Shown here piece after piece: positions 1-9,303 of a DNA stretch of 64,000 nt (position 1 is its first letter; every line of letters starts with the position of its first letter). The DNA comes from Bacteroidales bacterium. GTDB lineage: Bacteria; Bacteroidota; Bacteroidia; Bacteroidales; P3. The DNA is taken from positions 71,837 through 135,836 of the forward strand of contig JAVVTR010000002.1 of assembly GCA_036653535.1 (NCBI GenBank). Direction: 5' to 3'. Under the pieces are notes generated by a model. That model made no database searches. It saw nothing but the letters and a program-made list of their open reading frames with translations, and was not told where the DNA came from. The position numbers were made by a program, and so were the translations under genes.

Positions 1-4
1 ATGC

Positions 5-859
5 TTAATTTTGAGATTCTCTGAAATATTGGTAAATTTTTATACATTCCGCCGCCGGTTTTACATCATGTACTCTTAAAATATGGGCGCCTTGTGTCAA
101 AGCTAAGGTGTTGACTATAGAAGTTGCGTTCAACATATCTTCCGGACGACCATTTAAAGGTTTCCAAAGCATAGATTTTCGAGATAAACCAACTAAAATA
201 GGCGCTTTGAAAATTTTAAAATCTTTTAGGTCGGATAGCAAACGATAATTGTGCTCTATGGTTTTTCCAAATCCAAATCCGGGATCTATAATAATATCGT
301 GGACCCCTGTTTGATAGGCTAATTCTACTCTTTGCGCAAAATAGCGTATAAGATCTGTAGTAACATGCTCATAGGTCGGATTTTGTTGCATGTTTTCCGG
401 ACGGTTTTGAATGTGCATCAGAATGTACGGAACCTGTAAACGAGCTACCGTATGGAGCATATTATCATCGTAGGTTCCTCCGGAAATATCATTGATAATA
501 TCGGCTCCTTCTTCTACACATTTTTGAGCAATATCGGCACGAAAGGTATCGATGGAAATAATAAGTTTAGGAAAGTGTTTGACAATTTCTTTGAGCGGAT
601 TTTTTATGCGTCTCCATTCTTCCTCCTGGGATGGAAGATCCGTGCCTGGGCGAGTAGAAACAGCACCTATATCTAAAATATCCATTCCATCGCAGCACAT
701 TTGATCTATTTTCGCTATAGCATCATTGGTATTAGCACAGCGACTTTCCGCAAAAAAAGAATCGGGAGTCAAATTTAGTATCCCCATGACTTTTGGGGTG
801 TTGAGATAATATAGATGTCCTTTGATTTTAAGGCTATAACCCATAGTGGCAGCAAGCAT
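5..859 (-). CDS. folP: dihydropteroate synthase
   Basis: 284-aa ORF with pterin-binding DHPS signatures (GILNLTPDSF, DILDIGAVSTRPG, INDISGG, IIDPGFGFGK, LVGLSRKS). The stop codon is at 5-7. A second in-frame ATG 15 nt downstream is an alternative start. Confidence 0.93.
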   Translation of the reverse strand: MLAATMGYSLKIKGHLYYLNTPKVMGILNLTPDSFFAESRCANTNDAIAKIDQMCCDGMDILDIGAVSTRPGTDLPSQEEEWRRIKNPLKEIVKHFPKLIISIDTFRADIAQKCVEEGADIINDISGGTYDDNMLHTVARLQVPYILMHIQNRPENMQQNPTYEHVTTDLIRYFAQRVELAYQTGVHDIIIDPGFGFGKTIEHNYRLLSDLKDFKIFKAPILVGLSRKSMLWKPLNGRPEDMLNATSIVNTLALTQGAHILRVHDVKPAAECIKIYQYFRESQN

Positions 860-889
860 TTATAAGTTGCGAATATAGTAAGAATTATG

Positions 890-897
890 TACTTTTG
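890..897 (+). promoter_or_regulatory. candidate -7 box (TACTTTTG) for the DUF1599 gene
   Basis: TAnnTTTG match 21 nt upstream of ATG 918. Confidence 0.5.
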
Positions 898-917
898 CAA
901 ATAAATATTATCAATTT

Positions 918-1478
918 ATGGAGGCCTCTCTAACTAACCAAGAGTATGCTGAGGTAATTTCTGAATGCAGAAAATTATATGAGGCAAAACTAAAGGATTA
1001 CGGCACGGCGTGGCATGTATTACGACCGAGTTCCCTTACGGATCAAATCTATATTAAGGTTAATCGTATTAGAAATATTCAAATACATTGCAATCAGAAA
1101 ATAGAAGAGGATATTCGAGGGGAGTTTATTGGTGTAATCAACTATTCTATCATTGCGTTAATACAATTAGAAATTGGATTTGAAGAAGTGCCTATTTCTA
1201 CGGATATAGCATTGGAAAAATACGATAAATACGCAGGCCAAGCTTTCGATTTGATGAGTAATAAAAATCACGATTATGGAGAAGCTTGGCGAAATATGAG
1301 GATAAGTTCTTTGGTGGATATTATTTTGATGAAAATTCTAAGAGTAAAGCAAATAGAAGATCTTCACGGTAAAACGGTGGTGTCGGAAGGCTTAGATGCG
1401 AATTATTTCGACATGTTAAACTATGCCGTTTTTTCCTTAATTAAATTAAACGAGGCGGAGTCTATACCAAGGGTATAA
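918..1478 (+). CDS. DUF1599 domain-containing protein (two tandem modules)
   Basis: 186-aa ORF with an internal duplication visible by eye (KDYGTAWHVLRPSSLTDQIYIKVNRIRNIQ versus HDYGEAWRNMRISSLVDIILMKILRVKQIE). From memory, this pattern and the position next to folP match the DUF1599 family of Bacteroidota. A TAnnTTTG box lies 21 nt upstream. Confidence 0.78.
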   Translation: MEASLTNQEYAEVISECRKLYEAKLKDYGTAWHVLRPSSLTDQIYIKVNRIRNIQIHCNQKIEEDIRGEFIGVINYSIIALIQLEIGFEEVPISTDIALEKYDKYAGQAFDLMSNKNHDYGEAWRNMRISSLVDIILMKILRVKQIEDLHGKTVVSEGLDANYFDMLNYAVFSLIKLNEAESIPRV

Positions 1479-1526
1479 ACTAAATAAAGTTTCTTGTTTC
1501 GAGTATATATAAATAGATAATTATAA

Positions 1527-2825
1527 ATGAAAAAAATAAATTTTTCTCATTGGATGTATTCTTATATTTTAGTTTTTTTTACTATTCTTTTATCGGGGGC
1601 TATATTTTTCATAAAAGAGTATAGCGTTTTGTTTTTGATACTATTAATAGTAAATATCTTCTTTTGTTTTTTGCATCGAAAAATGTTTGAACATTCTGTA
1701 GTGTCTATTGTTCGCACCTTGGTTGGAGCTCTTTTTATTTTTTCCGGATTTGTCAAAGGTGTGGATCCTATAGGGACGCAATATGTTATTTACGACTATT
1801 TAGAGGCTTATCATTTACCTTGTTTGTTAGATTTATCTCTTCTTTTTTCTTTTCTTTTGAACCTACTTGAATTTACGGTTGGAGTTGCCTTATTGTTGAA
1901 TGTGCGTATTAAATTCTTTGCAATAATAGCAGCTTTAATGATGATAGTCTTTACGGCTACCACTTGGTACGATGCAGTTGCGAATCCGGTTCCAGATTGT
2001 GGATGCTTTGGCAAGGCTGTTATTTTAACCAATTGGCAAACGTTTTACAAAAATTTAGTATTAGATGCTTTCGTTCTGATTTTATTATTTTCCATGGGGC
2101 GGATTCGTTATAAATACCCCATGCGTGTGGAGATTTGGATTCTATTGTTGACCATTATTTTATTTTTAGGTTTTCAAACTTATAACTATAGATATTTGCC
2201 TTGCATCAATTTTTTAGATTGGAAAGTAGGAAATAGAATGTTGCCCAAAAATCCACTTCCGGTTCAAAATTATTTAACCTATAAAAACAAAACGACGGGA
2301 GAAATTAAAGAGTATCTTTACACACAATGTCCTTTTTCTGATCCTCAATGGGTAAATGAATGGGAATTTGTTAGTAGACGGGATGTGGACCCCAACCCTC
2401 AAAAGATGAATGTTTCTATTATGGAAAAATATGAAGAGGAAGATGCAGGGGAAGACGTGACACGTTATTTATTTTCGCAAAAGGATTTTCATTTCGTTAT
2501 AGTGGCCTACGATTTATCTAAAATGGATTTAAATGGGTTGAAAAAGATGCTATCTGTAATGCAAAAAATGGAGATAGCAGGCTATGATTATTGTGTACTA
2601 ACCTCCTCCTCTGTAAAAGAAGCAGAAGCATTAAAAGAAAAATTAGGGATGCCCGATTTGCGTTTTTACTATTCGGATGATACTGCTTTAAAGGGAATGA
2701 TTCGTTCGAATCCCGGCCTTCTATTGTTTAAGGATTCCGTCATTTTGGGGGCATGGGCTTGGAGAAATCTTCCACAGGCAGAAGAGATAAATTTTGCCAC
2801 TTTGGTTAAAAAAAATTATAAGTAA
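1527..2825 (+). CDS. multi-pass membrane protein with a DoxX/MauE-like N-terminal domain and a cysteine-less redoxin-like C-terminal domain (BT_3928-type)
   Basis: 432-aa ORF. Several hydrophobic helices occupy the first ~220 aa, including a PVPDCGCFGK motif typical of MauE/DoxX-type membrane proteins. The soluble C-terminal part (FHFVIVAYD...GLLLFKDSVILG) looks like a TlpA/redoxin fold without a CxxC. Confidence 0.68.
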   Translation: MKKINFSHWMYSYILVFFTILLSGAIFFIKEYSVLFLILLIVNIFFCFLHRKMFEHSVVSIVRTLVGALFIFSGFVKGVDPIGTQYVIYDYLEAYHLPCLLDLSLLFSFLLNLLEFTVGVALLLNVRIKFFAIIAALMMIVFTATTWYDAVANPVPDCGCFGKAVILTNWQTFYKNLVLDAFVLILLFSMGRIRYKYPMRVEIWILLLTIILFLGFQTYNYRYLPCINFLDWKVGNRMLPKNPLPVQNYLTYKNKTTGEIKEYLYTQCPFSDPQWVNEWEFVSRRDVDPNPQKMNVSIMEKYEEEDAGEDVTRYLFSQKDFHFVIVAYDLSKMDLNGLKKMLSVMQKMEIAGYDYCVLTSSSVKEAEALKEKLGMPDLRFYYSDDTALKGMIRSNPGLLLFKDSVILGAWAWRNLPQAEEINFATLVKKNYK

Positions 2826-2842
2826 TAAAAAAACACTAAGGG

Positions 2843-3619
2843 ATGAGAAGAAAAATTGTAGCTGGCAATTGGAAGATGAATAAGACTTTCCAAGGCGCAG
2901 AAGAATTATTAAATGAATTGGCAGAACGAATGGAAACAGGGGCCACTTCGCATAATGTAGAGGCCTTAGTATGCCCTCCATTTTTGTATATGGAAATGGC
3001 GTTAGATCTTTGTGTTACAGATGAAGGGGAGTCGCTTTTTGGCGTTGGAGTGCAAGATGTAAGTGAGCATGAACAAGGTGCTTATACTGGAGAAATTTCT
3101 GCAGATATGTTGGCTTCCATGGGTGTTGAATATTGTATTGTTGGTCATTCTGAGCGAAGAAAATATTTTAAAGAAACCGACGAGCAGATTGGTCGGAAAG
3201 TAGAACGTTTGTTGGAAAATAAAATAACCCCTATTGTGTGCTGTGGAGAATCGTTAGAAGACAGGGAAAATCAGCGATATTTTGAGGTTATAGAGGCTCA
3301 ATTAGAAAAAGGCTTATTTGCATTAAAGCCATTAGATTTTGTTCAACTAATACTTGCATACGAACCGGTTTGGGCCATAGGTACAGGAAAAACAGCCACT
3401 CCCGAGCAGGCGCAAGAGGTACATGCTTTTATAAGAAATAAAATTCAAGACAAATACGGAAAAGAAATAGCACGGAAAATACCTATTTTGTACGGAGGAA
3501 GTTGTAATGCAAAAAATGCTTCCGATTTATTTGCACAAGCAGATATAGATGGAGGTTTAATAGGTGGAGCTGCATTAAAAGCAGATGATTTTCTAAAAAT
3601 TATTAATTCTTTTGAATAG
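2843..3619 (+). CDS. tpiA: triose-phosphate isomerase
   Basis: 258-aa ORF with AGNWKMN, VGHSERR, AYEPVWAIGTGKTA and ILYGGS motifs. Confidence 0.95.
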   Translation: MRRKIVAGNWKMNKTFQGAEELLNELAERMETGATSHNVEALVCPPFLYMEMALDLCVTDEGESLFGVGVQDVSEHEQGAYTGEISADMLASMGVEYCIVGHSERRKYFKETDEQIGRKVERLLENKITPIVCCGESLEDRENQRYFEVIEAQLEKGLFALKPLDFVQLILAYEPVWAIGTGKTATPEQAQEVHAFIRNKIQDKYGKEIARKIPILYGGSCNAKNASDLFAQADIDGGLIGGAALKADDFLKIINSFE

Positions 3620-3693
3620 GCTAATTTTAAATACCATCTAAGTCTAATCCAATTAGACCATTTCAAAATATTCCTTAGAAAAAAGGTAACATT

Positions 3694-4521
3694 ATGGATT
3701 ATTATCAAATAAGCATTTATCATCATTTGACAGAGGATGCAGTGGATTTGTGTATAGATGATTTGGGTGGAATAGGTTTTGAATCTTTTGAAGAAAAAGC
3801 AGATGTTATTATAGCTTATATTTCGAAAGAAAACTACCAAATAGAAGCATTGAATTTATGTTTATCCTCTTACGGGGGAGTAGATAAATGCGAAACTGTT
3901 TTGGTTCCAGATCAAGATTGGAATGCTGTTTGGGAAGCTAATTATAAGGGGGTTCGATTTGATAATTTTTGTTTTATTCATGCCCCTTCTCATAATTTAT
4001 TACCCGAGGTAAAACATAATATAGAAATTGAACCTAAGATGTCTTTTGGTACGGCACACCATCCAACAACAGCTTTAATGATCCGCTTTTTAGAGAAAGA
4101 TACGGTAAGAGGGAAAGAGGTTTTGGATATGGGGTGTGGAACCGGAATCTTGGCCATTTTGGCATATAAAGAAGGCGCTTCCAAAGTGGTGGCTATTGAT
4201 AATGATAATTGGGCTTACAAAAACAGTGTAGAAAATGCAAGGCGCAATCAGGCACTCCCTATAGAAATTATTCAAGCAGATGCAGCAGTATTGAAAAATA
4301 GGCATTTTGATGTTATTATAGCCAATATTAATCGTAATATTCTATTAAGAGATATATGTATTTATGCCGATTGTTTACCAGTTTCAGGAAATTTATATTT
4401 GAGCGGGTTTTATGAAAGGGATGTAGAGAAGATAGAAGAAGAGTGCAATGCACACAAATTGTTTTGTGTCTCTCATGAAAATCTTGACGAATGGGTTGCA
4501 TTGAAATTTGTAAAGAAATAA
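3694..4521 (+). CDS. prmA: 50S ribosomal protein L11 methyltransferase
   Basis: 275-aa ORF with PrmA-type FGTAHHPTT and the SAM-binding motif VLDMGCGTGILAI. Confidence 0.9.
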   Translation: MDYYQISIYHHLTEDAVDLCIDDLGGIGFESFEEKADVIIAYISKENYQIEALNLCLSSYGGVDKCETVLVPDQDWNAVWEANYKGVRFDNFCFIHAPSHNLLPEVKHNIEIEPKMSFGTAHHPTTALMIRFLEKDTVRGKEVLDMGCGTGILAILAYKEGASKVVAIDNDNWAYKNSVENARRNQALPIEIIQADAAVLKNRHFDVIIANINRNILLRDICIYADCLPVSGNLYLSGFYERDVEKIEEECNAHKLFCVSHENLDEWVALKFVKK

Positions 4522-7500
4522 AAGTGGTACAGATACGAATAAAACGATGTTTTAAGTTCTTCTTTCTTCTTTTGTTATTGGAAATAAATTTTTCTTCTTC
4601 CGTATTTGCACAGCAGAAAGGAAATCCATTTGAAAATGTGGAGAATTTTCAAATGGATTTGATGACTTTTATGCAGAAAAATCCTAATTTTAGTAAGGAA
4701 AAAAAACAACAAATTGCTCAAGAAGTATCGACCTACATTGCATATTATTCCACTTTAAATTTGGAAGATCAAACAACTATCTTGCAAATAAGTAAAAAAG
4801 CCTTACAAAATAATCTTACTATTTTTCCCGATTTATTTCGTTTTTATCTTACGTACCAAAAAGTGGGCGATAGTATTCCCTCTTCTCTAGACTCTTGGGT
4901 AGAAGCCTTAGATTCTTTATTAGAAACACACAAAATAAAAGAGTTTAATGCATTGGTGGATAATTCCTTGCAGCTTATATCTGAAAGAGTTTTAAATAAA
5001 AGTACTTCTGCTACTTGGACTGTTTCTAATTTAGATCTTGTTTTTGCTAAATTACCAGAGCCAAATTTTGTTTTTTCTTCTATCCGTTTAATTTGCAAGG
5101 CTTATGCCGACAGTTCTTGTATCTATAATACCAAAGGAACTTATTATCCGTTGAAAAAGGTATTTCTTGGTTCTGGTGGACGGGTTCATTGGTCAAGATC
5201 AGGCTTAGATAAGGATAGTTGCTATGCCATATTATCTAATTATCAACTTTCTTTAAACTTAGCCAAATATACGGCAGATAGTGTTTCTCTCTTTCACTCC
5301 ACTTTATTTAGACAGCCACTATTCGGTTTTTTTTCCGATAAGTTAAGTGCATCTTCTAATCTTTCTGAAAGTATTTATCCACAGTTTATTTCCTATAATG
5401 ATGATTTATATATTACCGATGTGTTTCCGAATATCGATATAAAGGGGCCCTATCAGCAGCAAGGAAAACGAACTTTTTTTGGAAAAGCAGATCAAATGGC
5501 GACGCTTTTCATTCGAAAGGATCATACTTATTTAGGACGCATAGTCTCCAATAATTTAATATTGAAAGAGGATAAAATCACCACTCCATTCGCTCAATTT
5601 TTTATGTATTTGGATCAGGATTCACTTTATAATAATGCCTGCGAAATACGTTATTCTAACACAGATAGATCCTTTCAAATAGGTTATTCTCCTCGATTTA
5701 ATGTAGACATGCCGTTTATGGATACTTACCATGGTCTTAGAATGAATTTTGAAACTATGATTTGGTACTTAGATCGTCAGCTGGCAGAAATAGGTATGTT
5801 TAAAATGGTAGATCGAAAAGGGATAGCTACGTTTAAATCGGTAGATTTATTTTCCACTCAAGAAATGGGGGAAATTATGCAGGGAATGGATAGAAATCCA
5901 TTGTTTTTATTGAAGCAACAATCCCAAAGGGAGGGAAGTAGACAATTAAACATTTCCGATATTGCTCTGAATTTTGGTATTTCGGAAACTTCTATTAAAT
6001 CCCTTTTATTGAACATGGCTTCCATTGGCCTTTTAACTTACAATCCCGATGAAAACAAGGTAAATCTTCTTCCCAAACTATTTCATGATTTAGCGGTTTC
6101 GACAGGCAATGTAGATTTTGATGTTTTGGAATTTATTTCCGGTAGTGAGGATTTAATAAAAGCTCATTTATATTTAGATAGTTTAAATCTACAGGTGATA
6201 GGAGTAGATAAAGTTTTTTTAAGTCGTAAACAAAATGTATATATCAAGCCCCAAGGAACCCTGGTAAATATATTAAAAAATAGAGATTTTAAATTTGATG
6301 GTTTCTTACACGGAGGCACCTTTGATTTTTATGTTAAAGATGCAAAATTTCAGTATAAAGATTTTAAAATAGAGATTGGCACCGTGGATACATTGTCGTT
6401 TTCTGTTCGTGCAAAAGATGCAAATGATAATAAAAAAGACTATCAGGTAAGTACCTTGCTTAAATCTTTGTCGGGAGTTTTATATATAGATTCTTCTTTA
6501 AACAAGGGCGGAATTCAAAATTTTCCGGCATATCCCATTTTTGAAAGCACTATTCCATCTTATGTTTATTATAATGGAAAAGACATACAGGATGGCGTTT
6601 ACACTACGGATTCCTTTTATTTTTTAGTAGATCCTTTTCGAATAGAACAATTAAATACGTTTGTTACAGATAGTATTCGTTTTGCAGGAACTCTTTTTTC
6701 TGCTGGTATTTTCCCTAACATAAAAGATGCTTTAGTGGTAATGCCCGATTTTTCCTTGGGATTTACGAAAACATCCCCTTTGGAAGGATGGCCGGCTTAT
6801 GGAATGCAAACTCGTTTTTTCCATAAATTAAGATTAGATAAACAAGGTTTAGTTGGTTCAGGTCAATTGGATTATTTAAATTCTACCACCAAGTCGAAAC
6901 GAATGATTTTCCAACCTCATAACATGTATGCTATTGCCGACTCTTTTCGTATGGAAAATTATGTAGGATCTTCTATATCTTATCCTACCATAGAGGGGGT
7001 AAATACAAAAGTGGAATTTAATCCTTTGTGTTCTATTTATACCCTTAGCACTATAAAAGATTCGGCAGTTTATGTATTTGATGAAAAATGGAAATTTAAT
7101 GGAACCTACCTGTTTTCTCCGGTTTTATCGAAGGCTAAAGGACTTTTAAGCAAGGGAAAAGAGGCTCAATTGTTTTCTCCATCTTTCGATTGGTCTTCTC
7201 GTTGGTTTACTTCCGACACCACTACTGTAAAAATATTTACGGTAGATGGAAAGAATAATTTGTTTTATTCTACTGGTTATTATGCAGAAATACAATTAGA
7301 TGATCAAGAGGCAAAAATGGATGCTTATACGCAGCGTTCACCCGTATTATTTCCATTGAATGCTTATTTCACCAAGGTTTCTTCTCTGAAATGGAACTTT
7401 CGGGATAAGACGATAAATATGAAACATGGTTCGCCTATCTCTTTAGAAGAGACAACTGTCTTAGATAATTTGCCATTAGCCTCTCTTTTTACAGCCAACA

Positions 7501-9095
7501 TACCGGGAGAAAAGTATATTTCCATAAGAAAAGATCAAGACTCCTTAAATTTCACAACACAACATTCCCTATTTAACTATGCCGACACCCTGCTTACAGT
7601 AGAAAATGTATATAAAATTTTGGTTGCAGATGCCCTTCTTGTTCCTTTTGCAAAGGAAGTAACCATAGGCCCGAATGCTAAAATAAAGCCCTTAAAAGAA
7701 GCCCTATTGTTGTTCGATAAAGAAAATCCTGTTTATTCTTTTTATCGTGTTTCTGCCGATATACTTTCGGCTAAAGATTATAAAGCTTCAGGCTTTTACA
7801 ATTATAAGGCGCCTATGTTATCGAATCAACCCATTTATTTTTCGAATATAAGTCCGGATTTGTATGGGCATTCTATGGCACAGACTTATATTCCTATAGA
7901 TTCTAATCCTTTAAATTTAAGTAATGCATTTGAATATGTTGGTAAAATAAATATAAATGCAGCCCATCCGTTTGCTTTTTTTGATGGTACGCTTAGAATG
8001 AAGTATAGGTGTGAAAATATAGAGGAAGAACCAACCGTAGAGCCTACATTCATGGATACGGCTGTGAATATATTTAGTACTGGCATTCGATTTAAAAGTT
8101 ATCTTAATCCAGATTCTATAGCTATTCCCATAGATCCTTCTACTCGCAATTGGAGTGGAAGAACATTGGGATGTGGATTTTATACACAGGCACATTCCGG
8201 TAATCCACAATTTGTTTTTTTGCAGCCGATTCGATCTACCGATATGCCCATAATATCGGCGGAAGGAAGTTTGCAGTTCTCTATGGAGAACAAGGCTTAT
8301 AAAATAGTAGATACGAATAATATGGAGGCATTATCACTGCAATTATCGCATTGTTTTGCCACCGCTACAGATTTTATAAAATTAAATTTACGTACAGAGG
8401 AATTTCGATCGGAGTTTTATGGAAATCTTTCTAAAAATACGGAAGAGGAAAAATTTTTATTACAAACTGTTGCCGCTTTTGATTTTTATTTTAGCAAAGA
8501 GTTATTTAAGGAAATGGCTTCCGTCCTTAATAAAAATATTAATTTAACAGGGGCAGACTTGGCGAACCGTCCTCTTTTTAAGTCGTATGTTTACAAAAAG
8601 AATTCAGAAAAAGAATCTCAGCGGATAGAATGCGACATTAATACTTATGGCTCTTATACAAAAATTCCAGATGCTTTACGGCATTCTCTTCTCTTTTCCA
8701 ATTTATTCTTGGAATGGAAGGAAGAAGAGCAGGCTTATGTGTCGAAAGGACAGGCAGAATTAGTTTCCGTAGACGAAAGTCCCATTGGTAAGCAGATGAA
8801 AGTGTATCTGAAAATTACTCGTACTCGTAGAGGAGATCAGGTAGATATTTATATAGAAGCAAGCCGATTTTCGTGGTTTTATATAAGTTATTCGGATCAT
8901 TTTTTGCAAATTATTTCTTCAGATATGGCTTTTAATAATATGCTTTCCCAAGTAAAAATCGGAAAACGAAAAAGGGCAAAGTATGAATTTAGTTTATCCA
9001 CATTAAGAAAAAGGAATAACTTTGTTTATTCTATGGAGCAAGGGAGTAATTTTGAGGATGAAGCAGAGTCGCAGGAACGACAGGAAGAAGAATAA
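4491..9095 (+). CDS. very large secreted protein of unknown function
   Basis: Uninterrupted 1534-codon ORF. The N-terminus has a Sec-type signal (IRIKRCFKFFFLLLLLEINFSSSVFA/QQ) and the C-terminus is acidic. I recognise no catalytic motif. The start is uncertain: ATG 4491 overlaps the prmA end by 31 nt, and in-frame GTG 4524 lies just after the prmA stop. Confidence 0.75.
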   Translation: MGCIEICKEIKVVQIRIKRCFKFFFLLLLLEINFSSSVFAQQKGNPFENVENFQMDLMTFMQKNPNFSKEKKQQIAQEVSTYIAYYSTLNLEDQTTILQISKKALQNNLTIFPDLFRFYLTYQKVGDSIPSSLDSWVEALDSLLETHKIKEFNALVDNSLQLISERVLNKSTSATWTVSNLDLVFAKLPEPNFVFSSIRLICKAYADSSCIYNTKGTYYPLKKVFLGSGGRVHWSRSGLDKDSCYAILSNYQLSLNLAKYTADSVSLFHSTLFRQPLFGFFSDKLSASSNLSESIYPQFISYNDDLYITDVFPNIDIKGPYQQQGKRTFFGKADQMATLFIRKDHTYLGRIVSNNLILKEDKITTPFAQFFMYLDQDSLYNNACEIRYSNTDRSFQIGYSPRFNVDMPFMDTYHGLRMNFETMIWYLDRQLAEIGMFKMVDRKGIATFKSVDLFSTQEMGEIMQGMDRNPLFLLKQQSQREGSRQLNISDIALNFGISETSIKSLLLNMASIGLLTYNPDENKVNLLPKLFHDLAVSTGNVDFDVLEFISGSEDLIKAHLYLDSLNLQVIGVDKVFLSRKQNVYIKPQGTLVNILKNRDFKFDGFLHGGTFDFYVKDAKFQYKDFKIEIGTVDTLSFSVRAKDANDNKKDYQVSTLLKSLSGVLYIDSSLNKGGIQNFPAYPIFESTIPSYVYYNGKDIQDGVYTTDSFYFLVDPFRIEQLNTFVTDSIRFAGTLFSAGIFPNIKDALVVMPDFSLGFTKTSPLEGWPAYGMQTRFFHKLRLDKQGLVGSGQLDYLNSTTKSKRMIFQPHNMYAIADSFRMENYVGSSISYPTIEGVNTKVEFNPLCSIYTLSTIKDSAVYVFDEKWKFNGTYLFSPVLSKAKGLLSKGKEAQLFSPSFDWSSRWFTSDTTTVKIFTVDGKNNLFYSTGYYAEIQLDDQEAKMDAYTQRSPVLFPLNAYFTKVSSLKWNFRDKTINMKHGSPISLEETTVLDNLPLASLFTANIPGEKYISIRKDQDSLNFTTQHSLFNYADTLLTVENVYKILVADALLVPFAKEVTIGPNAKIKPLKEALLLFDKENPVYSFYRVSADILSAKDYKASGFYNYKAPMLSNQPIYFSNISPDLYGHSMAQTYIPIDSNPLNLSNAFEYVGKININAAHPFAFFDGTLRMKYRCENIEEEPTVEPTFMDTAVNIFSTGIRFKSYLNPDSIAIPIDPSTRNWSGRTLGCGFYTQAHSGNPQFVFLQPIRSTDMPIISAEGSLQFSMENKAYKIVDTNNMEALSLQLSHCFATATDFIKLNLRTEEFRSEFYGNLSKNTEEEKFLLQTVAAFDFYFSKELFKEMASVLNKNINLTGADLANRPLFKSYVYKKNSEKESQRIECDINTYGSYTKIPDALRHSLLFSNLFLEWKEEEQAYVSKGQAELVSVDESPIGKQMKVYLKITRTRRGDQVDIYIEASRFSWFYISYSDHFLQIISSDMAFNNMLSQVKIGKRKRAKYEFSLSTLRKRNNFVYSMEQGSNFEDEAESQERQEEE

Positions 9096-9129
9096 TATTT
9101 CATACGAAAATAATTTTAATAAATAGGAC

Positions 9130-9290
9130 GTATAGAACGATTGTGTTAAGTCGAAGTAGAATCAAAATGCAGTTTTGAGCTTTGTTGAGGCGAACAATCT
9201 TCGGCTTTGTCCAACTCCACTTGGGGAGAGTTGTTTCCATGTTCTTAGTTGAGCTAAGAAGTTCCAAGTGTGGGTATTCCCAAAACAAAA
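9130..9290. ncRNA. candidate structured RNA or structured leader upstream of plsY (family unknown)
   Basis: This non-coding spacer has visibly higher G+C than other spacers. It contains several local hairpins: 9162-9178, 9212-9233, 9242-9260 and 9271-9282, plus a possible enclosing 7-bp helix 9150-9156/9199-9205. I recognised no Rfam family, and the strand is undetermined. Confidence 0.2.
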
Positions 9291-9303
9291 AAAAGATAAA
9301 AAT

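Noticed and set aside
3445-3840. 131-aa minus-strand ORF spanning the tpiA end and the prmA start.
   Set aside because: It overlaps two confidently called genes on the other strand, and I recognised no motif in it.
9100-9288. 62-aa minus-strand ORF in the spacer upstream of plsY.
   Set aside because: It has no signal, motif or promoter box, and its sequence is hydrophobic and low-complexity at one end. I treat the region as possibly RNA-coding or structural (see findings).
9268-9303. GTG-extended start of plsY (MWVFPKQKKDKN...).
   Set aside because: PlsY proteins start directly with the first transmembrane helix. ATG 9304 gives that, and the extension runs into the structured spacer.
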